This document shows positions 27,809 to 35,260 of a DNA stretch of 54,822 nucleotides, piece by piece. Below the pieces are notes generated by a model. The model did not search any database. It saw only the letters and a program-made list of their open reading frames with translations, and was not told the DNA's origin. The position numbers were made by a program, and so were the translations under genes. How positions within the stretch are numbered: the first letter of the stretch is position 1; each line of letters begins with the position of its first letter. This DNA comes from Candidatus Woesearchaeota archaeon (GTDB lineage: Archaea; Nanobdellota; Nanobdellia; Woesearchaeales; UBA12501): contig JAWOBY010000034.1 of the NCBI GenBank assembly GCA_046484055.1, positions 1 through 54,822 of the forward strand. Reading direction: 5' to 3'.

Positions 27809-27881
27809 CGCCCCAGGGCAGACTCGAACTGCCGACCTCGCGGTTAACAGCCGCGCGCTCCACCTACTAAGCTACTGGGGC
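27809..27881 (-). tRNA. tRNA-Asn (GUU)
   Basis: GCCCCAG-TA-GCTT-AGTAGGTG-GAGC-G-CGCGG-CTGTTAA-CCGCG-AGGTC-GGCAG-TTCGAGT-CTGCC-CTGGGGC-G gives a perfect 73-nt cloverleaf. Confidence 0.92.
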
Positions 27882-27918
27882 AATATGAACTCCTTAAGAG
27901 ATTCAAAATAAGCCGGTT

Positions 27919-27936
27919 TATTTAAATAGTTTTTGG
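27919..27936 (-). promoter_or_regulatory. BRE/TATA (CCAAAAACTATTTAAATA) for tRNA-Asn
   Basis: Located about 38-55 nt upstream of tRNA position 1 (27881). Confidence 0.5.
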
Positions 27937-28015
27937 TAGGGGGAAAATACTGCACAGGCCCATACACGGCATACAAAAAGTCATTAAAAGAATGGGATCA
28001 AATAATAAGAAGGTA

Positions 28016-28651
28016 TCATTTCAGCCTTTCAAAACTGTGGACTCTTGCGCTCCTGACCCTGCTGATTATCTTGCCTTTGGGGTCCTTGAGTGTTGCTGTG
28101 TCGTCATCATCATTCCATATATGATTCGCATTGTTCCAGAAAAGCTTCGTTGATGTGTCCTTTCCCTTGCCTGTGTAAAGCCTGACCTTCCCGTGGATGC
28201 TGAATCCTTCGGGGAACTTATAGACATGCTTCCTGTCATTGTCATGCAGCTGCCATCCACCCATATCAACATTGTAGCCTTCGAGCTCCACCCACTCAGA
28301 ATTGAGGTTGTCTTTTGCTGAGCCCGGCGCCTCGAACTGGACAGCTGTTATCATCACTTCGCCCTCTCCCGGGCCGCGCTCCTCAGGGGATTCTTTTTCC
28401 TGAGCAGCCTTATTTTCCTCTGCAAGGGCGTTCCTGGCCGCATTCTGGGCGACAAGGTCCTTTATCTCCTGTATCTCCTTTTCCTGCCATTCCATATGCT
28501 CCCTCAATGATCCGGGGTTTGCGCTGGCCATGGTTGCTTCTATCTGGTCAATCCTCTGGTGGATCCTGAGAACATCATTCTTTAGGTTTGTGAATGAGTT
28601 TGTCAGAAGCTTGTTGAGCCTGTCGAACTGTTTTTCCTTTCCGAATGCCAT
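28016..28651 (-). CDS. Coiled-coil protein with a C-terminal lamin tail domain (LTD)
   Basis: C-terminal NSEWVELEGYNVDMGGWQLHDNDRKHVYKFPEGFSIHGKVRLYTGKG...WNDDDDTATLKDPKG matches the LTD pattern. The N-terminal 100 aa are heptad-like and there is no signal peptide. Confidence 0.75.
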   Translation of the reverse strand: MAFGKEKQFDRLNKLLTNSFTNLKNDVLRIHQRIDQIEATMASANPGSLREHMEWQEKEIQEIKDLVAQNAARNALAEENKAAQEKESPEERGPGEGEVMITAVQFEAPGSAKDNLNSEWVELEGYNVDMGGWQLHDNDRKHVYKFPEGFSIHGKVRLYTGKGKDTSTKLFWNNANHIWNDDDDTATLKDPKGKIISRVRSARVHSFERLK

Positions 28652-28755
28652 GTTTGATCACCCTCATAGATATTTTGGTTTCTGGGCCTTATAAAAGCCT
28701 GATAATGATATTACAACCAATATGATGTATTACTATTTATTAGTAATGACACTAA

Positions 28756-28771
28756 TATATAAATGTTTCGG
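28756..28771 (-). promoter_or_regulatory. BRE/TATA (CCGAAACATTTATATA) for the LTD gene
   Basis: Conserved 16-mer about 105 nt upstream of the ATG at 28651. Confidence 0.5.
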
Positions 28772-28851
28772 TCTGAAAATGCACTCCCTCAGTCCTGGAG
28801 AGCCATGAGTTTTAAGAAAAATTAATAAAACAGGCTCCCAAAAAGGCACTC

Positions 28852-29484
28852 ATGAGCATATTGACCATAATACTGCTGACAATCATCACAATAGCGCTTC
28901 TGCTCTTATTATTCTACAGGTTCTGGTTCCTCAGGGACCCGCTGAGGTGCGTGCCCTCAGGCCACAATATAGTCTCGCCTGCAGACGGCAGGATAATAGA
29001 ACTCAGGAGGATAAACGGCAGCAAAAGCCGGAAAGCGAATATCCGTAAGGGGAAAGGCACCATAGAGGCGCGGCTCAAGGACACTGTACAGAAAGGATAC
29101 CTCATAACGATATTCATGACACCCTTTGATGTGCATTATCAGAGGGCCCCCTGCGAGGGAAAGATAACAGGAGTCAAATATACTGAAGGCAGTTTCAGAT
29201 CTGCAGACAAGCCGAGGCCTGAGAATGAGAATAACCAGATACTGATGAAAACCGGAGCCGGGAACATCAAAGTCATACAGATAGCCGGATTCATGGCAAG
29301 AAGGATAGACTGCTTCGTGAAAAAGAATCAAAAGATTAAAAAAGGACAGAAGCTCGGACTGATAAAGCTCGGCAGCCAGGTCACGCTCATCATGCCCTCC
29401 AGGAGCGGCGACAGGGATATAAACCCGAGGGTGAAGAAAGGCGAGAGGGTAAAAGCGGGAGAGACCATAATCGCGGAATTTTGA
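28852..29484 (+). CDS. psd: Phosphatidylserine (archaetidylserine) decarboxylase proenzyme
   Basis: N-terminal TM, FLRDP, and a self-cleavage-type LGSQV motif near the C-terminus. About 210 aa, as for the short archaeal type. Confidence 0.8.
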   Translation: MSILTIILLTIITIALLLLLFYRFWFLRDPLRCVPSGHNIVSPADGRIIELRRINGSKSRKANIRKGKGTIEARLKDTVQKGYLITIFMTPFDVHYQRAPCEGKITGVKYTEGSFRSADKPRPENENNQILMKTGAGNIKVIQIAGFMARRIDCFVKKNQKIKKGQKLGLIKLGSQVTLIMPSRSGDRDINPRVKKGERVKAGETIIAEF

Positions 29485-29582
29485 CAGCGTGATCCTTCCG
29501 CAACCCAACAATCCAGATTGAATATCCCAAAACGTGATACGCCCCAAAGATATAGATTCGGGCCCCGCAATAGAGGTGAAAC

Positions 29583-30104
29583 ATGGAACTGATCAGGATA
29601 CACAAAATTCTGAAGGTACAGGACATATTCACATTCCTCAACGCCGCCTTCGGGGTCATAGCGATCATTCTGGCCATGCAGGAGAAATTCACCTATTCAG
29701 CCATAATGATACTCGCCGCGGTCGTCATGGATTTCATGGACGGGAAAGTGGCAAGGATGACCAAAAGCGGACCCCACGCATTCGGGAAGGAGCTTGACTC
29801 TCTTGCTGACAGCACCTCTTTCGGTGTCGCGTCCGCGGTCTTCGGCTTCATGTACCTCAGCGCAGCATCAGCGAACAGCCTGTTCAGCATAATCGCATTG
29901 ACTGTTTTCGTGCTCTGCGGGATAGGAAGGCTCGCAAGATTCAACATAACAGAAGTGAAGGGATTCGAGGGGATGCCCATAACAATGAACGGCATAGTGA
30001 TTCCCGCGATCTATTTCGCAGGAGTCCCGGCCCATATCTTCCCTTACATATACATATTGTCAGCATTGCTCATGATAAGCTCGATAAGGTTCAGGAAGAT
30101 ATGA
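29583..30104 (+). CDS. pssA: CDP-alcohol phosphatidyltransferase (archaetidylserine synthase-like)
   Basis: Motif DFMDGKVARMTKSGPHAFGKELDSLADSTSFG matches D-G-x2-A-R-x8-G-x3-D-x3-D. Multiple TM segments. Confidence 0.8.
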   Translation: MELIRIHKILKVQDIFTFLNAAFGVIAIILAMQEKFTYSAIMILAAVVMDFMDGKVARMTKSGPHAFGKELDSLADSTSFGVASAVFGFMYLSAASANSLFSIIALTVFVLCGIGRLARFNITEVKGFEGMPITMNGIVIPAIYFAGVPAHIFPYIYILSALLMISSIRFRKI

Positions 30105-30194
30105 GATGCTGAAGTGACTGAAATATTCGTTATTTGTGAATGAAACATTCATTGACTGGAATCATGGAAGAAAACAAGACAAGAGGTGGAAAAG

Positions 30195-30632
30195 ATGGGT
30201 TTCTGGATTGAACTTATTACGCACAGGCTGTTCATAGCCTGCGTGCTGACAGCGATAGTAGCCCAGCTCATAAAGATGATACTCGTTTCTGTAAAGACCG
30301 GCAGGATCGAATGGAATGTTTTCGGGCTTCCGGGCGGCATGCCGAGCTCGCACGCTGCCGTCGTGGTGGCGATGACAGGAGGCATATACTGGCAGCAGGG
30401 TGTCACCCCCCTCACCATAGCAGCCGGAGTCATAGCCGCAATAGTCATATACGATGCGCTCACGCTGCGCAGGGCAGTAGGGAAGCAGAGCGAAGCGCTG
30501 AATAATCTCGCAAAGAAGCTGAAGATCAAGGGCCATAAGAAAGTGCAGAGCCTCCTCGGCCATAAGGTTGTAGAGATAATCGCGGGAGGCGTGCTGGGTT
30601 ACGTGATCGCCTGGGCCGCGTTCCATCTCTGA
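30195..30632 (+). CDS. Divergent PAP2/DUF212 (YuiD-like) membrane protein
   Basis: GGMPSSHAAVVVA and the DALTLRRAVGKQ region. SD GAGGTGG lies 6 nt upstream of the ATG at 30195. The ORF track start at 30186 is a GTG. Confidence 0.7.
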   Translation: MGFWIELITHRLFIACVLTAIVAQLIKMILVSVKTGRIEWNVFGLPGGMPSSHAAVVVAMTGGIYWQQGVTPLTIAAGVIAAIVIYDALTLRRAVGKQSEALNNLAKKLKIKGHKKVQSLLGHKVVEIIAGGVLGYVIAWAAFHL

Positions 30633-30695
30633 GAGAGGAAGGCGCACCAGCATATTCACAGGAGGGTACAGGGGAGGATTTGAGAGGGAAAGAAC

Positions 30696-31256
30696 ATGTC
30701 GCTGGGAATGCTTGTGATCAAATCTTTTTATTTCATGCTTCCGGCCTATTTGGCTAATGCCGCTCCTGTTCTCACAAAGAATGTCCTGAAAAGCCTTGCC
30801 AGGCCGCTGGATATGGGCCACCATCTCAGGGGAAGGCCGCTGTTCGGCTCCCACAAGACACTTAGAGGTCTTCTCGCAGCCATAGTTGCAGGGATTGTTG
30901 TGTTTCTTGTGCAGGTCTGCCTGCACAGATTCCCTCTCTTCCAGGGGATTGAGCTTTTTGATTACAGCAGCTTTTATTCACAATATTACATTCTGCCGGG
31001 CTTCCTTCTCGGATTCGGAGCGATAATGGGGGATCTGGTGGAAAGCCTTATCAAGAGGCAGGCCAGCATCAATGCAGGAGGCAGATGGATCCCATGGGAT
31101 CAGGTGGATTTCCTTATCGGCGCATTGCTGCTCTTCTTTCTGATATACATTCCCTCATGGAAGGTCATTGTGATCCTGTTTGTCTTAACCCCCTTGATAC
31201 ACATAGGAATGAACCATCTGGCCTTCTATCTGAACATCAGAAAAGTGAAGTGGTGA
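30696..31256 (+). CDS. carS: CDP-archaeol synthase
   Basis: FMLPAYLANAAPVL ... PLDMGHHLRGRPLFGSHKTLRG is the DUF46/CarS signature. About 5 TM segments. Confidence 0.8.
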   Translation: MSLGMLVIKSFYFMLPAYLANAAPVLTKNVLKSLARPLDMGHHLRGRPLFGSHKTLRGLLAAIVAGIVVFLVQVCLHRFPLFQGIELFDYSSFYSQYYILPGFLLGFGAIMGDLVESLIKRQASINAGGRWIPWDQVDFLIGALLLFFLIYIPSWKVIVILFVLTPLIHIGMNHLAFYLNIRKVKW

Positions 31257-31782
31257 GGAAGTAAAGAGGTATATTGATGAAGAATGCGGAGTGGCATATG
31301 AATATCTTTCTCAGTATCCTTGTCCTTTTCATGCCCTCATGCTCGTAGGCGAAGAGACTCCCTTCAGGCAGGCCCGTGATGAATATGAGAGATGCAGCGG
31401 CGGGAAAGAGCGCGGGGGAGATTGCACTGCCCCCACTGGAGAGATAGGCACTGGAGAGATAGGGTATGTAAAAGAAAAATCCGAGGAGGAGGTAAGCGAA
31501 TCTGTATCTCCTGTATATGTGCTTTCCGTCATGCCATGGGCAGAACATGAACAGGATGCAGAGCGCCACCAAAAGGGAGGGCAGTATGTAACCATCCCTG
31601 CTGAAATATAACGCTGATGGTACCGACGCCAGAACGAAAAGGGCCCTGACAAGCAGCTCAAAATATTTCCTGCCCGCCTTCATCTCCTCAGGGGATATGA
31701 ACGCCAGCAATGCGCCGGCCCACAGGCCTGAGAATGCAGCTATGCACACAAGAAGATAATTGACGAATGCGATTCCTGCCAT
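31237..31782 (-). CDS. Integral membrane protein, unknown function
   Basis: 181 aa with about 6 hydrophobic segments. Converges on carS and overlaps its end by 20 nt. Confidence 0.5.
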   Translation of the reverse strand: MAGIAFVNYLLVCIAAFSGLWAGALLAFISPEEMKAGRKYFELLVRALFVLASVPSALYFSRDGYILPSLLVALCILFMFCPWHDGKHIYRRYRFAYLLLGFFFYIPYLSSAYLSSGGSAISPALFPAAASLIFITGLPEGSLFAYEHEGMKRTRILRKIFICHSAFFINIPLYFLTTSLF

Positions 31783-31830
31783 TTTTTTAACCTTTCAGAT
31801 AATCTGCAATTGTGATTGCAATTATGATCA

Positions 31831-32166
31831 TCAAGCCCCGTTCTCCCACTCCGAATGCCCCCACTGGATGAGAAGATCAGCCCCAAAAACTTCCGCATCA
31901 ATGGCCGGATCGCACGCCCCGAAGCAGCTCCCTGCCCAGATGATCATCTCCGCCCCTGTCTGCTCCTTAAGGAAGTCAGCTATCTCCTTGGCCTTTGGCT
32001 TGAGCCCGTCCGGCAGCTGGATGCATACCTTGTGTGCTTTCTGTTCTTTTATCTCAGAAGCTGCCTTTTCAAGCTCAATATCATAGCTGCTGATGCCCTC
32101 ATTGCCTTCTTCCATATGTCTGCACCCGATATCCATACCCGCTATCCATTCCCTGCCCATTCCCAT
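31831..32166 (-). pseudogene. dph2: Dph2 (diphthamide synthesis, 2-(3-amino-3-carboxypropyl)histidine synthase) N-terminal fragment only
   Basis: YDIELEKAASEIKEQKAHKVCIQLPDGLKPKAKEIADFLKEQTGAEMIIWAGSCFGACD...DLLIQWGHS parallels the first ~85 aa of archaeal Dph2. The ORF stops right after GHS, and about 240 aa of the expected protein are absent. Confidence 0.6.
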
Positions 32167-32312
32167 CTATCCATGGTTTATATGGGAGATGGACAGTCCC
32201 TGTTTTTAAAGATTTTGATGGCCGTCCGGAAAGGCATGGTGATAGACAAGCGGGAAAACGATCAAGAATGCAGGATAAGAAGATTTAAAGAACAGAACAT
32301 TTAAAGAATATT

Positions 32313-32717
32313 TCAGCAGTTGTGTTTATCAGGGACATCCACAGGATTCACCATGTACGGCACTTCGGGCAGTGCATCATATATCTCCCCTACTGCAGGG
32401 AATGACTTGCCCGGCGAATAGACCCTCGGATGGCCTCCCATTGAGAGATCTGAACCGATCATTCCTTCTTTTTCCTTTCTTACAAAGTCCGCCAGCTCAT
32501 TTCCTGAACCCATGAAGAATGAATGCTTCCCTTCATAATCGTTGATCCTGCTTCCATTACTGAGCGCCCTATGGAAGGCTCTGCCAGGGAAATATATGTC
32601 AGGGCCCCTCATGGGCGTGTCCCAGTCAATATCCTGCTCTCTGACCTCATGAACGAAATTACTAAGGTCTTTTCTTGAGCCCATAAAGAATGCGAAATCA
32701 GCTTTCGGTCCCGCCAT
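32313..32717 (-). CDS. Hypothetical protein made of two ~60-aa tandem repeats
   Basis: FFMGSRKDLSNFVHEV...PDIYFPGRAF is repeated as FFMGSGNELADFVRKE...PRVYSPGKSF. SD GAGGTGA lies 6 nt upstream of the ATG. Confidence 0.6.
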   Translation of the reverse strand: MAGPKADFAFFMGSRKDLSNFVHEVREQDIDWDTPMRGPDIYFPGRAFHRALSNGSRINDYEGKHSFFMGSGNELADFVRKEKEGMIGSDLSMGGHPRVYSPGKSFPAVGEIYDALPEVPYMVNPVDVPDKHNC

Positions 32718-32721
32718 TTTT

Positions 32722-32820
32722 TCACCTCAGGGATTCCTCCATAAGGTCTTCGAGATAATCAATGTGTTTGGATATCTCAACCTGTATCCTGACCTCTTTG
32801 TCAAGCTCCTGCCTATTCAT
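32722..32820 (-). CDS. 32-aa upstream small ORF (MNRQELDKEVRIQVEISKHIDYLEDLMEESLR)
   Basis: Below the ORF-track cutoff. Its stop lies inside the SD of the downstream gene, and the conserved promoter at 32916-32931 lies upstream. Confidence 0.35.
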   Translation of the reverse strand: MNRQELDKEVRIQVEISKHIDYLEDLMEESLR

Positions 32821-32915
32821 TTTTCACACCTCACCCAGAGAGGATTTAAAAGGGGGTTCTTAATGGATGAACTCCCCCTAAACCTTCTGTAATCACCATA
32901 TAGTGGTAATACTAT

Positions 32916-32931
32916 TATTTAAATGTTTCGG
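32916..32931 (-). promoter_or_regulatory. BRE/TATA (CCGAAACATTTAAATA)
   Basis: Conserved 16-mer about 96 nt upstream of the small ORF at 32820. Confidence 0.5.
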
Positions 32932-33020
32932 TATCTGTTTAAAAAGTTTTTATGCCCTTATCTTTTCCTCAAGAAAGAGGCCAGAGAGACGGACAAAAAA
33001 ACAGACAGGCAAAAATCTGC

Positions 33021-34157
33021 CTAACTGAGATAATTCAGCTTCCCTTCCCTCTTGAGCTGCTTGAAGAGATGGAGATAATCAAGCGCAAGCCTTGTGGTCA
33101 GGAAATTCTTCCTTATATGCTCCCTGCCTCTTTTACCCATCCTTTTGGCCAGCTTAGGGTTCTCAAGAAGATGAGTCACTCTCTTCGCTGTCTCGTGGAT
33201 GCTGTTCACAAGATAGCCGTTCCTGCCGTTAGTTATCTGCAGGGGTATGCCTCCGTGATCGCCTCCCACAACAGGAGTGCCCTTCCATAAAGCCTCGGCC
33301 ACAGTCAGCGCGAACCCCTCCTTCAGCGACTTCTGAAGCACCACAGAAGATGCCCTCTGTAGCGCATTGACAAGGAACTCGCTCCTCTTCATTATGACAT
33401 GGATATCAGGATCCTTTGACGAGTATTCAAGCACTTCCCTGTGCACATCAGGCCCCTCAGGATCGTCAGCGGCAGGCTCGCCCAGGAGTATGAGCTGGCA
33501 GTCCGTTTTCTCCTTGACCATCTTATAGCTCTTTATCACTCCAACAGGATCCTTGAATCTGTCAAATCTCGATATCTGGCTTATGATGGGCTTATCGCGG
33601 TCTATTCCGTATCTTGAGAGCATCCTCGTGACCTGCTTGTCGCTCAGGCCTATATTCTTCTCATTAGTCGGGTCAATGGCAGGATGGAACACATGCTGCT
33701 CGGGCTTGACTCCGCTCTTCTTGTACTTGTCCATGGAGACTATCATCTTGTCATACCTGTTTATGTACTTTTTCAGGAAGTTCCACGCGGGCCCGTAAGG
33801 GGTATGCATGTCAGCGTGAGCCCTCCATATCCATGGCTGCTTCTTGTTGTAATAGTTTATCATCGCCGCCGGCTGGTGGTCATGCACAATGACAAGGTCC
33901 TCCTCCCCTATGTCAGGCAGTCTGTGGGCATTCAGCTTGTTGGTCCTTATGTACGTGTTCTTCATCTTCTTGTTTATATGGACCTCCTGCCCCTGCAGTG
34001 CATTGAAGAAATCCTTGGTTATCTTGAAGAAATCCTTGCTCTTGGATGACATGACGCTCCATCTTGAGTGGATGCCTATCCTGTTGAACAGCGGATTCAG
34101 GCTCATGAGCAGTTCCGCCACTCCGCCTCCCCTGTGAGTCGAGTTGATATGCGCCAC
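33021..34157 (-). CDS. Family 4 glycosyltransferase, trehalose synthase (TreT)-like
   Basis: HINSTHRGGGVAELL N-terminal motif and GT-B C-terminal E..GFALTVAEALWKGTPVVG. The in-frame, homologous-looking sequence continues upstream to 34250 without an ATG, GTG or TTG. Confidence 0.75.
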   Translation of the reverse strand: MAHINSTHRGGGVAELLMSLNPLFNRIGIHSRWSVMSSKSKDFFKITKDFFNALQGQEVHINKKMKNTYIRTNKLNAHRLPDIGEEDLVIVHDHQPAAMINYYNKKQPWIWRAHADMHTPYGPAWNFLKKYINRYDKMIVSMDKYKKSGVKPEQHVFHPAIDPTNEKNIGLSDKQVTRMLSRYGIDRDKPIISQISRFDRFKDPVGVIKSYKMVKEKTDCQLILLGEPAADDPEGPDVHREVLEYSSKDPDIHVIMKRSEFLVNALQRASSVVLQKSLKEGFALTVAEALWKGTPVVGGDHGGIPLQITNGRNGYLVNSIHETAKRVTHLLENPKLAKRMGKRGREHIRKNFLTTRLALDYLHLFKQLKREGKLNYLS

Positions 34158-34409
34158 GCGGAGGTCAAAGAATTCCTCGCCGAACTTCTCAAGATCCTCA
34201 AGGACCTTGTCGTCAGCTATACCCTTGAACTGTTTAAGATATAATTTTATAGTCCCACCTCATGCAGTTTTTATCTCTATCCCATGTTATGTTTCCAGCC
34301 ATTTAAAAATGTTTTGAAATGTTTTTGACAGGAAAATGTTCTGATGGGGCATGGTCATGGCCCCTCATGCCGCAAGATTTTTTAATATCATCCCGCCCAG
34401 TGAGGGAGT

Positions 34410-34688
34410 ATGACACGCAGAAGAGAGATAATAGACACGCTGAAGCAAAGTAAGATGTCCGCACAGGATCTGGCCAATGAATACAGGACAGAACTCAGAT
34501 GGATAATAGATGACCTCAAGCACATAAGGAGAACAATAGAGAAGGAAGGCCTCAGTCTCAGGTCAGAGCCGGCTTATTGCAGGAAGTGCGGATTCGTCTT
34601 CAGGGACAGGGATAAAGTGAAAGCCCCGACCAAGTGCCCCAAGTGCAGGAGCGAATGGATTGAGAAGGAGATGTTCTTCATTGAATGA
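34410..34688 (+). CDS. Small HTH plus C-terminal zinc-ribbon putative transcription regulator
   Basis: RREIIDTLKQSKMSAQDLANEY (HTH-like) followed by CRKCG...CPKC. Confidence 0.6.
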   Translation: MTRRREIIDTLKQSKMSAQDLANEYRTELRWIIDDLKHIRRTIEKEGLSLRSEPAYCRKCGFVFRDRDKVKAPTKCPKCRSEWIEKEMFFIE

Positions 34689-34733
34689 TGATGCATTGGA
34701 GAGATTATAACTCATTGAAGAGGTATTGCAGGA

Positions 34734-35093
34734 TCACTCCTCTTTCCCGCCCTTGTCCTTCTTCTCCAGCGCCTTGTTCATGTCATCAACAAGCTTTTCC
34801 GCGTCTATGCCGTGGCCTGAAGCGCCTTCCTCTATGGTCTCGTAGCCCGCCACATGGCATCCGACGCAGTGCAGGCCGTGCCTGAACATGACCTCTGCGG
34901 TCTCGGGATACTGTTCAATGGCCGCTCCTATGGTCATGTCCTTTGTTATCTTCCGCTCCCCTTCAGATTTTCCAGTTCCCTGTTCCTTGCCTTGTCCGTT
35001 TTCCTTTTCTTTTTCCTGTTCTTTTTCCTGTTCTTTTTCTTCTGCCATCCTGTGAAGCCAGTCATGGTTGTTTATATATTTTTCCCAGCGCAC
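34734..35093 (-). CDS. DUF1858 (hybrid-cluster-protein-associated redox disulfide) domain protein with an EKEQ-repeat N-terminus
   Basis: TIGAAIEQYPETAEVMFRHGLHCVGCHVAGYETIEEGASGHGID matches the family pattern. Confidence 0.65.
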   Translation of the reverse strand: MRWEKYINNHDWLHRMAEEKEQEKEQEKEKENGQGKEQGTGKSEGERKITKDMTIGAAIEQYPETAEVMFRHGLHCVGCHVAGYETIEEGASGHGIDAEKLVDDMNKALEKKDKGGKEE

Positions 35094-35124
35094 CCCCTCC
35101 GGATCAGAATCCTGTCATGTCAAT

Positions 35125-35152
35125 TTAACATCATAACAGATTAACATCATAA
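35125..35152. promoter_or_regulatory. Two 12-bp direct repeats TTAACATCATAA (35125-35136 and 35141-35152) in a divergent promoter region
   Basis: Exact copies 16 bp apart, between the DUF1858 gene (minus strand) and lig (plus strand). Confidence 0.3.
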
Positions 35153-35260
35153 TAAATCATTTAATATTGTCAGTTCCCTGATTGGAAACCCTGTGATCAG
35201 AAAGCCCCCTGCCAGCTCTGCATGATTAAATTTATAAAGCGCGAAACAGGAATCAGTTCC

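Noticed and set aside
27651-27870. ORFs of 70 aa (minus strand) and 64 aa (plus strand) across the tRNA cluster
   Set aside because: They overlap tRNA genes and the structured spacer, and have no start context.
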